In this document: positions 30,500 through 39,361 of the stretch, in pieces
Layout of the letters: each line of letters begins with the position of its first letter
How positions within the stretch are numbered: the stretch's first letter is position 1
Assembly (NCBI GenBank): GCA_002314875.1
Contig: DCHS01000002.1
Location: 1,115-65,114 of the forward strand
Reading direction: 5' to 3'
Origin: Prevotellaceae bacterium UBA1746
GTDB lineage: Bacteria; Bacteroidota; Bacteroidia; Bacteroidales; Bacteroidaceae
DNA: 64,000 bases
Made by a program: the position numbers and the translations under genes
Notes under the pieces: generated by a model
Databases searched by the model: none
What the model saw: the letters and a program-made list of their open reading frames with translations, nothing else
Told to the model about the DNA's origin: nothing

Positions 30500-31585
30500 A
30501 TGAAGAAAATCTTCTTTTTTATCCTTACCTGCATTTGCTGCGCTTGCTCGAGCTCAACACTCAGCGAGGGCGGCGACTTGCAATATGCACAATGGTTGAA
30601 ATTAGAAGAAGGAGATAAATACACCCTTGCGACTGTGCTGAATCCTTGGAAAGAAGGAGAGATTCTGCATCGTTATGCCTTGGTGGAAGAGGGAGGCTCT
30701 GCACCGGACAGCCTACAGGCAACGGAAATACATATTCCTTTGCAACAAGCTGTTACCGCTACAAGCGTTCATTCCTTTTTGGTTTACAGGCTCAAGGCCG
30801 TTCATCAGTTAGCAGGAGTCATGGACAAGCGTTTTATCGTTAGCAAGAAATTGCTGGAAGCGATCGATTCGTTGGCAGACTTTGGCAACAGCCAGAATCC
30901 CGATATCGAAGCCATTGCCACCCATCATTGCGACGCCGTCTTTGTTTCTCCTTTTGAAAACGCTAATTATGGCAAACTGGAGAACCTCCACATCCCACTT
31001 ATTGAATGTGCGGATTATATGGAAACTTCACCGTTAGGACGAGCGGAATGGATGCGCTTCTACGGCCGTCTTTTTGGAAAAGGAGAAGAAGCAGATAGCA
31101 TCTTCCATTATGAAGAAATGCAGTACAACGAAATATGTAAAGAGTGCGCAAAATCAACAGCAAAGCCCATGTTGATGATGGATGTACAGCAAGGATCTGC
31201 ATGGTATGTTCCAGGAGGAAAAAGCTATCTCGCACAACTTTTCAAAGATGCTAATGTACAGTATTTCTTCGCCGACGATACGTCTTATGGTAGTGTTCCT
31301 CTTTCTTTCGAACAAGTCTATGCTCAGGCCGCCCAGGCTGACATCTGGCTGATGAGAACGTCAACGAACATGACCTACAAAACTCTGGAAACAGATAACC
31401 CGCGTTATACAGCTTTCCGTCCTTTCAAAGAAAAGAACATCTGGTATTGTAACACCCTCACCACTCCTTATTACGATGTCACCCCGTTCGCTCCCTCAGT
31501 ATTACTTCGCGAACTTTTCTTCATCGCACATCCTGATTCCACGTTAAAATACAAGTCCCAATATTTCGTTCCCGTTCTGCCTTGA
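30500..31585 (+). CDS. ABC transporter substrate-binding lipoprotein (BtuF/Fe-siderophore family)
   Basis: Cys lipobox, NPW, YMETSPLGRAEW, WYVPGGKSY motifs. Confidence 0.85.
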   Translation: MKKIFFFILTCICCACSSSTLSEGGDLQYAQWLKLEEGDKYTLATVLNPWKEGEILHRYALVEEGGSAPDSLQATEIHIPLQQAVTATSVHSFLVYRLKAVHQLAGVMDKRFIVSKKLLEAIDSLADFGNSQNPDIEAIATHHCDAVFVSPFENANYGKLENLHIPLIECADYMETSPLGRAEWMRFYGRLFGKGEEADSIFHYEEMQYNEICKECAKSTAKPMLMMDVQQGSAWYVPGGKSYLAQLFKDANVQYFFADDTSYGSVPLSFEQVYAQAAQADIWLMRTSTNMTYKTLETDNPRYTAFRPFKEKNIWYCNTLTTPYYDVTPFAPSVLLRELFFIAHPDSTLKYKSQYFVPVLP

Positions 31586-32586
31586 AACATATCATCCTGC
31601 TTCTACTCACCCTAATACTTTGTGCCGCCAACCTCTTTATTGGCAGCCAGGCTTTGTCTATCCGTGAGGTTATAGATGTTCTCTTGGGTGGAGGCTCCGA
31701 AGTAGCACGATTCATTATTCTTGACAGCCGTCTCCCGGCATTACTGACCGCTTTACTTGCTGGCGCTGCTCTCTCCGTAAGCGGCTTGATTATGCAGACG
31801 CTGTTCCGTAACCCTTTGGCGGATCCCTCATTGCTCGGTGTGAGTTCGGGAGCAGGATTTGGGGCTGCCGTTGCTATGCTGATAGGAGGAATTCCTGGAT
31901 CTTGGATGGCCAGCACGTATCAGATTTCAGGCTTTATGCTGACGGCTTCGATGTCCTTTATCGGTGCTATTTCCGTCATTGCGGTTCTGCTTGCTGTTTC
32001 CTCTTGGATAAAGGATACAACAGGTCTGCTCATTGTGGGTGTTATGCTTTCATTCCTCGTTTCCAGCGCAACCTCACTTCTGATTTCGTTTGCTTCCGAA
32101 TCAGCAGTCTGGAACTATATGTCTTGGGGCTTAGGAAGTTTTGAGGGAACAACAGGACTGCGTTTGCTTTGCTACGGCATTGCCATCGCTGGTGTTCTTC
32201 TTTTGTCTCCATTCCTATTGAAACCCTTGGATGCCTTTCTTTTAGGAAATAACTATGCCCAGAGCCTCGGCATCCTCGTTCAACGTTGGCGAACGATACT
32301 TCTGCTTTTCGTCGGATGGCTTACCGCATTGACCACATCCGTATGCGGTCCCATTGCCTTCATCGGTCTTGCGGTTCCCCATGGAGCACGAATGATTATG
32401 AAGACGGCGAATCACCGCCAACTCGTACCATCCACAATTCTATTAGGTTGCGTCACCACACTGGCCTGCTTATTGCTCACGCACCTTCCGGCAGTCCTCG
32501 GCATTACCCATGCCCTCCTGCCTATCAGCGCCCTGACGCCTTTGATCGGTGCCCCCATAGTCATCTATATCCTCATCAAAAAGTAG
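31582..32586 (+). CDS. FecCD/BtuC-family ABC permease
   Basis: QTLFRNPLADPSLLGVSSGA and GPIAFIGLAVPH motifs. TTG start overlaps the upstream stop. Confidence 0.9.
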   Translation: MKHIILLLLTLILCAANLFIGSQALSIREVIDVLLGGGSEVARFIILDSRLPALLTALLAGAALSVSGLIMQTLFRNPLADPSLLGVSSGAGFGAAVAMLIGGIPGSWMASTYQISGFMLTASMSFIGAISVIAVLLAVSSWIKDTTGLLIVGVMLSFLVSSATSLLISFASESAVWNYMSWGLGSFEGTTGLRLLCYGIAIAGVLLLSPFLLKPLDAFLLGNNYAQSLGILVQRWRTILLLFVGWLTALTTSVCGPIAFIGLAVPHGARMIMKTANHRQLVPSTILLGCVTTLACLLLTHLPAVLGITHALLPISALTPLIGAPIVIYILIKK

Positions 32587-32641
32587 TGCAGGCTTTCATC
32601 AACTAATCATCATTTTGGCACATGTGGCCACTTTATACTAT

Positions 32642-33400
32642 ATGCGTCCCTATATCCTCATTTCCAACGACGATGGCTATCAAGCTGGTGGCATTAATCA
32701 TCTCATTGAAGTTCTCCGTCCTATCGCAGATCTCCTTGTGGTTGCTCCAGACGGTGCCCGTTCTGGGTATTCCTGCTCCATTACAACGCAAGTTCCGATG
32801 AAACTCAATCTTCTCCGCGAAGAAGAAGGCTTCACGCTCTATGCTTGCACTGGAAGCCCCGTGGACTGTATCAAAATGGCATTCAATATCCTCCTCCCCC
32901 GTATCGGCAGAACTCCCGATCTGGTTATTGGTGGCATTAACCATGGTGATAACTCCTCTGTAAACACCTATTACAGCGGTACGATGGGCATCGTTACCGA
33001 AGGTACTTTCCAACGTGTTCCTTCCATCGGTTTCAGTCTTTGTGATATGGCAAAAGACGCTGATTTCTCCGCTTGCGACGAATACATCGTGAAGATTGTC
33101 CAAAAAGTTATCGCAGAAGGACTTCCTCCATACACCTGCCTCAATGTGAATTTCCCGAAAGGCGAAATCAAAGGTATACGCGTCTGCCGTATGGCAAAGA
33201 GTACCTGGATAAAAGAAGTTGCAGCATGCGAGCATCCAACCTATGGATTTCCTTATTACTGGTTGACGGGTGAAGTGAAAGAATACGAACCCGAAGCTAC
33301 TGACACAGACCGTTGGGCGCTCTACCATGGCTATGCAGCCATCACCCCCCAAACGCTCGATAGTACGAGTTATTCTCTTTTGGAAACCTTCAAACTTTGA
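32642..33400 (+). CDS. surE: 5'/3'-nucleotidase SurE
   Basis: ILISNDDG, GSPVDC, GINHGDN, YSGT motifs. Start moved to the ATG at 32642. Confidence 0.95.
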   Translation: MRPYILISNDDGYQAGGINHLIEVLRPIADLLVVAPDGARSGYSCSITTQVPMKLNLLREEEGFTLYACTGSPVDCIKMAFNILLPRIGRTPDLVIGGINHGDNSSVNTYYSGTMGIVTEGTFQRVPSIGFSLCDMAKDADFSACDEYIVKIVQKVIAEGLPPYTCLNVNFPKGEIKGIRVCRMAKSTWIKEVAACEHPTYGFPYYWLTGEVKEYEPEATDTDRWALYHGYAAITPQTLDSTSYSLLETFKL

Positions 33401-34575
33401 AATACTTTCTTATTGCCGGTGAAGCATCCGGCGACCTTCATGCTTCTCACCTCATCTCGGCGCTGAAAGAGCGTGATTCCGAGGCACAATTTCGTTTCTA
33501 CGGCGGTGACCTTATGGCAGCAGCTGCGGGAACGAGTGGTGAGTTGTTGCGTCATTACAATACCTTGGCCTATATGGGATTCATTCAAGTGGCGCTCCAC
33601 GCCCGCACCATTCTCAAAGGCCTGAAAGACTGCAAACAAGCCATCCAAGACTGGACTCCCGACTGCATTATCCTCATCGATTATCCCGGCTTCAACCTGA
33701 AGATTGCCAAATACGTTCACGAGGCCGGAATCTGCCCCGTTTACTACTATATCTCTCCCAAAATCTGGGCTTGGAAAGAATATCGCATCAAAGATATCCG
33801 AGCAAACGTTGACCGTCTTTTCTCTATTCTTCCTTTTGAGGTAGAATTCTTTGAGCAAAAGCACAACTACCCCATCAGTTATGTTGGCAACCCGACGTAC
33901 GATGAGATCGCACAACATCTTGAACACAAAAACCTCGATATCAGCAATATTTCTTCCTATGGACAGGCATCTGATTTGAGAAAGAATTGTATGGCTCTCC
34001 TTCCCGGCTCTCGCAAGCAGGAAATCAGCAGCAATCTCCCCGTTATGCTGAAAGCGCTGCAAATCCCACTTGGAATTGAAGAGAAACCAGAAGTTCAGAT
34101 CTGCCTGGCACCGAATATCGAACGCTCGTTCTACGACGAGATCTTAAAAAATGTAGGAAATATACCCTATGAACTGAAGTTTTGGGAAGGTTCGGCTTTT
34201 GATCTTCTTCTCCGTGCTCGTGTAGCCTTTGTCACCAGTGGAACAGCAACACTTGAGACGGCAATTCTCGATGTGCCTCAGGTGGTTTGCTATCACATGG
34301 TCGGTGGAAGGTTTGTTAACTTTGCACGTCCCTATTTCCTCAGTTGCCCGTTTATCTCATTGGTAAATCTCATTGTTGGTCGCGAGATTGTTCCCGAACT
34401 TATTGCCGCCGAGATGCAACCCAAGGTTCTCCACCAGCACCTCCAGGAATTATGGCAGGGTCCTGCTCGCGAAAAGCAACTTTCTGGCTACATCGAGATG
34501 CGCAATCGCCTGCAATCAACAGGTGCTCCTGTCAAAGCCGCCACAGAAATCGTCGATTTATTGAAAAAGGCCTAA
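33397..34575 (+). CDS. lpxB: Lipid-A-disaccharide synthase
   Basis: AGEASGDLH, IDYPGFN, PKIWAW, LLPGSR, SGTATLE motifs. Confidence 0.96.
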   Translation: MKYFLIAGEASGDLHASHLISALKERDSEAQFRFYGGDLMAAAAGTSGELLRHYNTLAYMGFIQVALHARTILKGLKDCKQAIQDWTPDCIILIDYPGFNLKIAKYVHEAGICPVYYYISPKIWAWKEYRIKDIRANVDRLFSILPFEVEFFEQKHNYPISYVGNPTYDEIAQHLEHKNLDISNISSYGQASDLRKNCMALLPGSRKQEISSNLPVMLKALQIPLGIEEKPEVQICLAPNIERSFYDEILKNVGNIPYELKFWEGSAFDLLLRARVAFVTSGTATLETAILDVPQVVCYHMVGGRFVNFARPYFLSCPFISLVNLIVGREIVPELIAAEMQPKVLHQHLQELWQGPAREKQLSGYIEMRNRLQSTGAPVKAATEIVDLLKKA

Positions 34576-34660
34576 ACCTTTTGGTCGTTTCAGCCATTTA
34601 ACGTACCTTTGCAACCGAAATAAACTCATAAACCGCGCATTGCGCATAAACATAAACAAT

Positions 34661-35290
34661 ATGTCACTCGCTACAACTTTTGCAGAAAAGCTTCTCAATG
34701 TCAAGTGTATCAAACTTCAGCCCGAACAGCCTTTTACCTGGGCCAGCGGTTGGCTTTCTCCTTTCTATTGTGATAACCGTAAGACCCTCGCTTATCCTGA
34801 GGTTCGTACTTTCGTAAAGGAAGAACTTGCCCGCCTCATCGCTGAGAAATATCCCGAGGCTACCGCTATCGCAGGTGTTGCCACTGGTGCTATCGCTCAG
34901 GGTGCCCTCGTTGCTGATGCGCTCAATCTCCCGATGTGCTATGTTCGTTCCAAGGCTAAGGATCACGGAATGGGCAACCTCATCGAAGGTACACTTCCCG
35001 AAGGTGCTAAGGTAGTTGTTGTAGAAGACCTCATCTCTACTGGTGGCAGCAGTCTCAAAGCTGTAGAAGCCCTCCGTGCTGCAGGTTTTGAAATTCTTGG
35101 TATGGTGGCCAGCTACACCTATGGTTTCCCCGTTGCTGCAGAAGCTTTCAAGGCTGCCAATGTAGAACTCACTACCCTTACCAACTATGAAGCTGTTGTA
35201 GAAGCTGCTCTCAAGAGCGGTTACATCGAAAGCAAACACGTTGAACTCCTTGCTCAGTGGCGTGCTAATCCCAGCGAGTGGGGAAAGTAA
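34661..35290 (+). CDS. pyrE: Orotate phosphoribosyltransferase
   Basis: FTWASG..SPFYCDNR and VVEDLISTGGS motifs. Promoter TACCTTTG at 34604. Confidence 0.96.
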   Translation: MSLATTFAEKLLNVKCIKLQPEQPFTWASGWLSPFYCDNRKTLAYPEVRTFVKEELARLIAEKYPEATAIAGVATGAIAQGALVADALNLPMCYVRSKAKDHGMGNLIEGTLPEGAKVVVVEDLISTGGSSLKAVEALRAAGFEILGMVASYTYGFPVAAEAFKAANVELTTLTNYEAVVEAALKSGYIESKHVELLAQWRANPSEWGK

Positions 35291-35341
35291 TTCACACACT
35301 TATATAATTCCGATGGGGACTATTCAGCCCCACATCCATTT

Positions 35342-35839
35342 ATGACAAAGTACGAAAGTCAAGTTTATACCGTCCGTGCAACGCAGGCTCATGCCTACGA
35401 ACGCATGTCTAACCTCAAGAACTTTGAGGCATTGAAAGAAATTCTCGAACAACCTGGCGTTGTAGAACGTATGGTCGAGAACTTACCTCCTGAACACAAA
35501 GATAAAATTACGCCTGAAAAATTACAGCAGATTCGTGAGCAACTGGAAAATGTTGTATTCTCTGAAGATGCAGTAAGTTTTGAAAGCAAAATGGGATTGA
35601 TGACGCTGGCCATCACCGACCGTCAGGAACCTAAACTCGTAAAAATGCAGGGCGTAGGTACTCCCGTTGATGTAAGCCTTTGGGTACAATTCCTTCCCCA
35701 GGGAGTTTACGAATCCAAGATGAAGGTAACCATCGGCGTTGAACTCAATTTCTTCGTTCGCAAGATGGTAGAGAAGCACATCAAGCAGGCTCCTGATGGC
35801 ATCGCCCAGTTCCTCTGCTATCTTCTTGCATTAAATTAA
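35342..35839 (+). CDS. SRPBCC-like protein (usual pyrE neighbour in Bacteroidales)
   Basis: Size, LSNL-like N-terminus, LWVQ..ELNFF C-terminal pattern and gene context. Confidence 0.6.
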   Translation: MTKYESQVYTVRATQAHAYERMSNLKNFEALKEILEQPGVVERMVENLPPEHKDKITPEKLQQIREQLENVVFSEDAVSFESKMGLMTLAITDRQEPKLVKMQGVGTPVDVSLWVQFLPQGVYESKMKVTIGVELNFFVRKMVEKHIKQAPDGIAQFLCYLLALN

Positions 35840-35856
35840 TCTTTTTAGATTAAACT

Positions 35857-36426
35857 ATGCGTTATCGTTCTACATATCTCTTTTTACTCGGCATTGTTTT
35901 CTCCCTCTTGATTGGGTGTGAAGGCGATGCCGAGTATACCTATTCCCCTTACCGTGCTTTCTTCCGTTTTTCACCAGTAACGGCCGCTCCCAGCACGCTC
36001 CTCCCCGCACTTACAAGCCCTGGGGAATGGTGCTATGTCACGATCAACGGCTCCTACTATAATTTTAAGAGTGCTACAGGAAAGACTGACAGTTATCCCA
36101 AGACCGCTATCGAACAATATGGTACTACGATCTGGTTCAACGGTCTCCTTGTGGGAACACCGATGATTCCTGAAATCGGAGGTTCCTTTGTGCCGGTGTG
36201 CTACGATTTGGTCTGTCCGAATTGTTACGAAAACGGAGGTATTCGGCGCGATATCCGCATCAAAGACATATCTCTTGCACAAGCGATCTGCGACCGTTGC
36301 AAACGAGTCTATGACCTTCAGAATTCCGGTGTGGTCATAGAAGGCGCTGACGAGGGAAGTTCAAATGTCAAACTTTATCGCTACCACTGCAGTTACGATA
36401 ACAATACATTTGTTATGCAGAATTAA
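35857..36426 (+). CDS. Lipoprotein with degenerate Rieske-like Cys motifs
   Basis: Lipobox LIGC, YDLVCPNC, CDRCKRVYDL, LYRY. Confidence 0.65.
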   Translation: MRYRSTYLFLLGIVFSLLIGCEGDAEYTYSPYRAFFRFSPVTAAPSTLLPALTSPGEWCYVTINGSYYNFKSATGKTDSYPKTAIEQYGTTIWFNGLLVGTPMIPEIGGSFVPVCYDLVCPNCYENGGIRRDIRIKDISLAQAICDRCKRVYDLQNSGVVIEGADEGSSNVKLYRYHCSYDNNTFVMQN

Positions 36427-36514
36427 ACAAAAAAATTTTGTTAATTCGGAAGAAAGGCGTACCTTTGCAGTCGCAATTTATAAAAAAGCTATTGCTCATA
36501 GACTTATAGTCGAT

Positions 36515-36599
36515 GCCCGAATGGTGGAATGGTAGACACGAGGGACTTAAAATCCCTTGACCAGTAACGGTTGTGCGGGTTCGAGTCCCGCTTCGGGCA
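36515..36599 (+). tRNA. tRNA-Leu (TAA)
   Basis: Acceptor GCCCGAA/TTCGGGC, TGGTGGAATGGTAGACA D arm, anticodon arm AGGGA-CT-TAA-AA-TCCCT, long variable arm, GGTTCGAGTCC. Promoter TACCTTTG at 36460. Confidence 0.95.
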
Positions 36600-36727
36600 C
36601 AAATAGAAACTGAAGAGAATGGAAACGCTTGTTTTTGTTCTCTTTTTTAGGCGAATAAGATGAAACTCGCCTTTACGCGAATAAAAAGAAACTTACCTTA
36701 GGGCAAAACCCACAATTTTCAATTTGT

Positions 36728-37723
36728 ATGAAAGCCCTCTCTACTAACCTAATAGAAAATCTCACCTCACGTGATTGGTGGCAATCCTGGATTACCATAA
36801 TATTCGGCTGTGCCCTTATGGCTACAGCTTTTGTGCTTTTCATCAATCCATATCAGATTGTTCCCGGCGGTGTATATGGTGCCAGCATCGTTCTAAATGC
36901 CATTTTCCCTAACATTATGGTCGGTACCTTCGGCTATATGTTTGACATTCCCCTCCTCTGTCTTTCCGTTCTTTTCTTAGGAAAGCGTCTTGGAGCAAGA
37001 ACCATCGTAGCGGCATTGCTGACACCAGCATTCATGAACCTCTTCACTTACTTATTTTATCCTGCAGAAGCAATAAACACACTGGAGGCCTCAAAACTAC
37101 TTGGCGGTGTGTTAGATTTATCTAATCACCTGTTGGTAAGTACGTTGATTGGTTCTGTATTAATTGGTATCGCGTGTGCACTCATTGTTAAGAGCAAGGC
37201 AACATCTGGTGGTACAGACATTGTAGCCATGATTATGCAGAAGTATCTCGGCATAAAATTCTCAACCTCTATTCTCATTGCCGATGGTACCGTCGTTCTT
37301 GCCGGTCTGGTGGTGAATAGCTGTGATATTGGTGCTCAGGGCGATCCCCAGCGAGGTATTCTCCTCTCGCTTTACAGCCTCATCGCCATCTATGTAGTTT
37401 CCCATACCGTTTCCATCGTTCTTTCCGGAAACCAGAACGATAAGATTATCTTTGTCGTTTCAAGTAAAGGTCCAGAAGAGATTCGCAACTTTATCCTCAA
37501 TGATCTCGACCGTACAGCAACCTGTATCAAAGCGAGTGGACTTTATAGTCGTGAGAATAAGGACATGCTCTTCCTCGTCGTTAGCAACAAGGAAGCCGAC
37601 GCCGTAAAACACAAAATCCGCGAATACGATCCAACGGCTTTCGTTGTGGTCACCAGTGCTTCAGCAACTTATGGTGAAGGTTGGAGCACACTCCCAACTC
37701 CCGATGATATCATTCCAGAATAA
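36728..37723 (+). CDS. YitT-family membrane protein
   Basis: PGGVYG, ATSGGTDI and C-terminal DPTAFV..YGEG (DUF2179-like) motifs. Confidence 0.88.
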   Translation: MKALSTNLIENLTSRDWWQSWITIIFGCALMATAFVLFINPYQIVPGGVYGASIVLNAIFPNIMVGTFGYMFDIPLLCLSVLFLGKRLGARTIVAALLTPAFMNLFTYLFYPAEAINTLEASKLLGGVLDLSNHLLVSTLIGSVLIGIACALIVKSKATSGGTDIVAMIMQKYLGIKFSTSILIADGTVVLAGLVVNSCDIGAQGDPQRGILLSLYSLIAIYVVSHTVSIVLSGNQNDKIIFVVSSKGPEEIRNFILNDLDRTATCIKASGLYSRENKDMLFLVVSNKEADAVKHKIREYDPTAFVVVTSASATYGEGWSTLPTPDDIIPE

Positions 37724-37743
37724 CTTACGATAAATCATAATAC

Positions 37744-37836
37744 AAATGCAGGGCTTCGGTCCTGCATTTTTTTACCTTCCAGGCTATCATTAAAACAAAG
37801 CCCCGTAGTCCGCTCATCACTGAGCCATCTACGGGG
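37744..37836. terminator. Pair of terminators between convergent genes
   Basis: AATGCAGGGC-TTCG-GTCCTGCATT plus T run (+). CCCCGTAG...CTACGGGG stem (-). Confidence 0.75.
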
Positions 37837-37877
37837 AATCGCGTTATGAAGAAGTAAATGTGTGTAAAACACTCAAA

Positions 37878-38417
37878 TTAGAAGGGGCCGCCACCGGGGA
37901 AACCACCACCGGGAAAACCACCGCCAGGGAAGCCACCACCAGGACCACCGGGGAAACCACCACGGTCTCCATTGGCATTGCCTTTACGGTTACCACGGCC
38001 TTCACCAGGAACCATTGTGAACACCTTAACAAGCTGCTGAGCAGTGAGGCGTTCCTTAAAACGATTGTAGTAGGCACGCTTTACAGCCACCTGCTGTTCT
38101 TCTGCCTTAAAGTTATCCAGAATCATCTGTTCTGCATCAAGGTCAGAGAGTTCATCAATTTTCTTGTCTTTATCAGGCATTGCATCTTTGCGGACATCCT
38201 GCAAAGCCTGGCTGTACTCCTGATAAAGAGGAACGAACCACTCTGCCGTTGTTCCATCGAGATTCATACGTTCTGCCAGGCTATTTGCCTGACGGAGTAC
38301 CATTTCCTTACGCTGAGCCTCACGATCTTCGTTAGAGCGCTCACCCTTTTTTTTCTCTGCACTGACGGTCAAAGACGTACAGAGCAATAACATGACTAAA
38401 AATAATGTCTTTTTCAT
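37878..38417 (-). CDS. Exported helical protein (Spy/CpxP-like, tentative) with GGFPG tail
   Basis: Signal peptide MKKTLFL..VSA, helical body with F.PLY..Y and LTAQQL motifs, C-terminal (GGFPG)n. Start moved to 38417. Confidence 0.65.
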   Translation of the reverse strand: MKKTLFLVMLLLCTSLTVSAEKKKGERSNEDREAQRKEMVLRQANSLAERMNLDGTTAEWFVPLYQEYSQALQDVRKDAMPDKDKKIDELSDLDAEQMILDNFKAEEQQVAVKRAYYNRFKERLTAQQLVKVFTMVPGEGRGNRKGNANGDRGGFPGGPGGGFPGGGFPGGGFPGGGPF

Positions 38418-38559
38418 TGTTTGTAGCTTTTTACGCTGCAAATGTAGGAAAAACTTCCGAAAAACAAAAACCAACGTCGATAAGCGCTTTTTTTTTATCG
38501 ACCAAATGGCACTATTCCAAAGAAAATTCCTTAACTTTGCACTCAAAATTAACAAAACC

Positions 38560-39354
38560 ATGTCTTTAGATAAGTCTCATCTCATCATCGCTACCGAGGC
38601 GGCCATCCGTGCCGGAGAAGCGATTATGGAAATCTATACCAGTCCTACCGCCAATTGGGAGGTAGAAAAAAAAGCGGACAATAGTCCGCTGACTTTGGCT
38701 GATCGTCGCTCGCACTCCATCATAGCACCCTACCTTGAAGCTACTGGCATTCCCGTGTTGAGCGAAGAGGGACAGCATCTTCCCTATGACGAACGCCGCT
38801 CATGGGATCGCCTGTGGATTGTCGATCCCCTTGACGGTACCAAGGAGTTCATCAAGCGAAATGGTGAGTTCACGGTCAATATCGCATTAGCAGAAAACGG
38901 AACGCCCACGCTCGGTGTCATCTTTGTTCCTGTTTCCCGCGTCCTCTATATTGGTTCACCCGAAGGAGCCTTTAAAGCTATTGTCCCCGAAGGCTGCTAT
39001 GATTTAGAAAACATCGAACTTACCTCTATTCACAAAGGTGCTGTCACTCCTTTCACGGTGGTAGCCAGCCGTTCTCATCTTTCTCCTGAAACAGAAGAAT
39101 TCATTGAACGGTTACGCCTCGAACATCCTGATCTTGTTATGGTCAGTGCTGGTTCCAGTCTGAAGCTCTGCCTCGTCGCTGAAGGAAAGGCCGATGTCTA
39201 TCCGCGTTTTGCTCCCACGATGGAATGGGACACTGCTGCGGGACACGCCATCTGTCTTGCTGCCGGCGCAACGGTAACAAAAGCTCCCGAAGACATTGAA
39301 CCTTTGGGCTATAATAAAGAAAACCTCCTCAACCCCTGGTTTATTGTAAGATAG
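38560..39354 (+). CDS. cysQ: 3'(2'),5'-bisphosphate nucleotidase CysQ
   Basis: KADNSPLTLAD, LSEE, DPLDGTKEF, EWDTAAG motifs. Start moved to 38560. Confidence 0.95.
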   Translation: MSLDKSHLIIATEAAIRAGEAIMEIYTSPTANWEVEKKADNSPLTLADRRSHSIIAPYLEATGIPVLSEEGQHLPYDERRSWDRLWIVDPLDGTKEFIKRNGEFTVNIALAENGTPTLGVIFVPVSRVLYIGSPEGAFKAIVPEGCYDLENIELTSIHKGAVTPFTVVASRSHLSPETEEFIERLRLEHPDLVMVSAGSSLKLCLVAEGKADVYPRFAPTMEWDTAAGHAICLAAGATVTKAPEDIEPLGYNKENLLNPWFIVR

Positions 39355-39361
39355 TAATCTC

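Noticed and set aside
36515-36730. Integration of a mobile element at tRNA-Leu (or tRNA-Pro)
   Set aside because: No integrase, and no duplicated tRNA 3' end was seen in the window.
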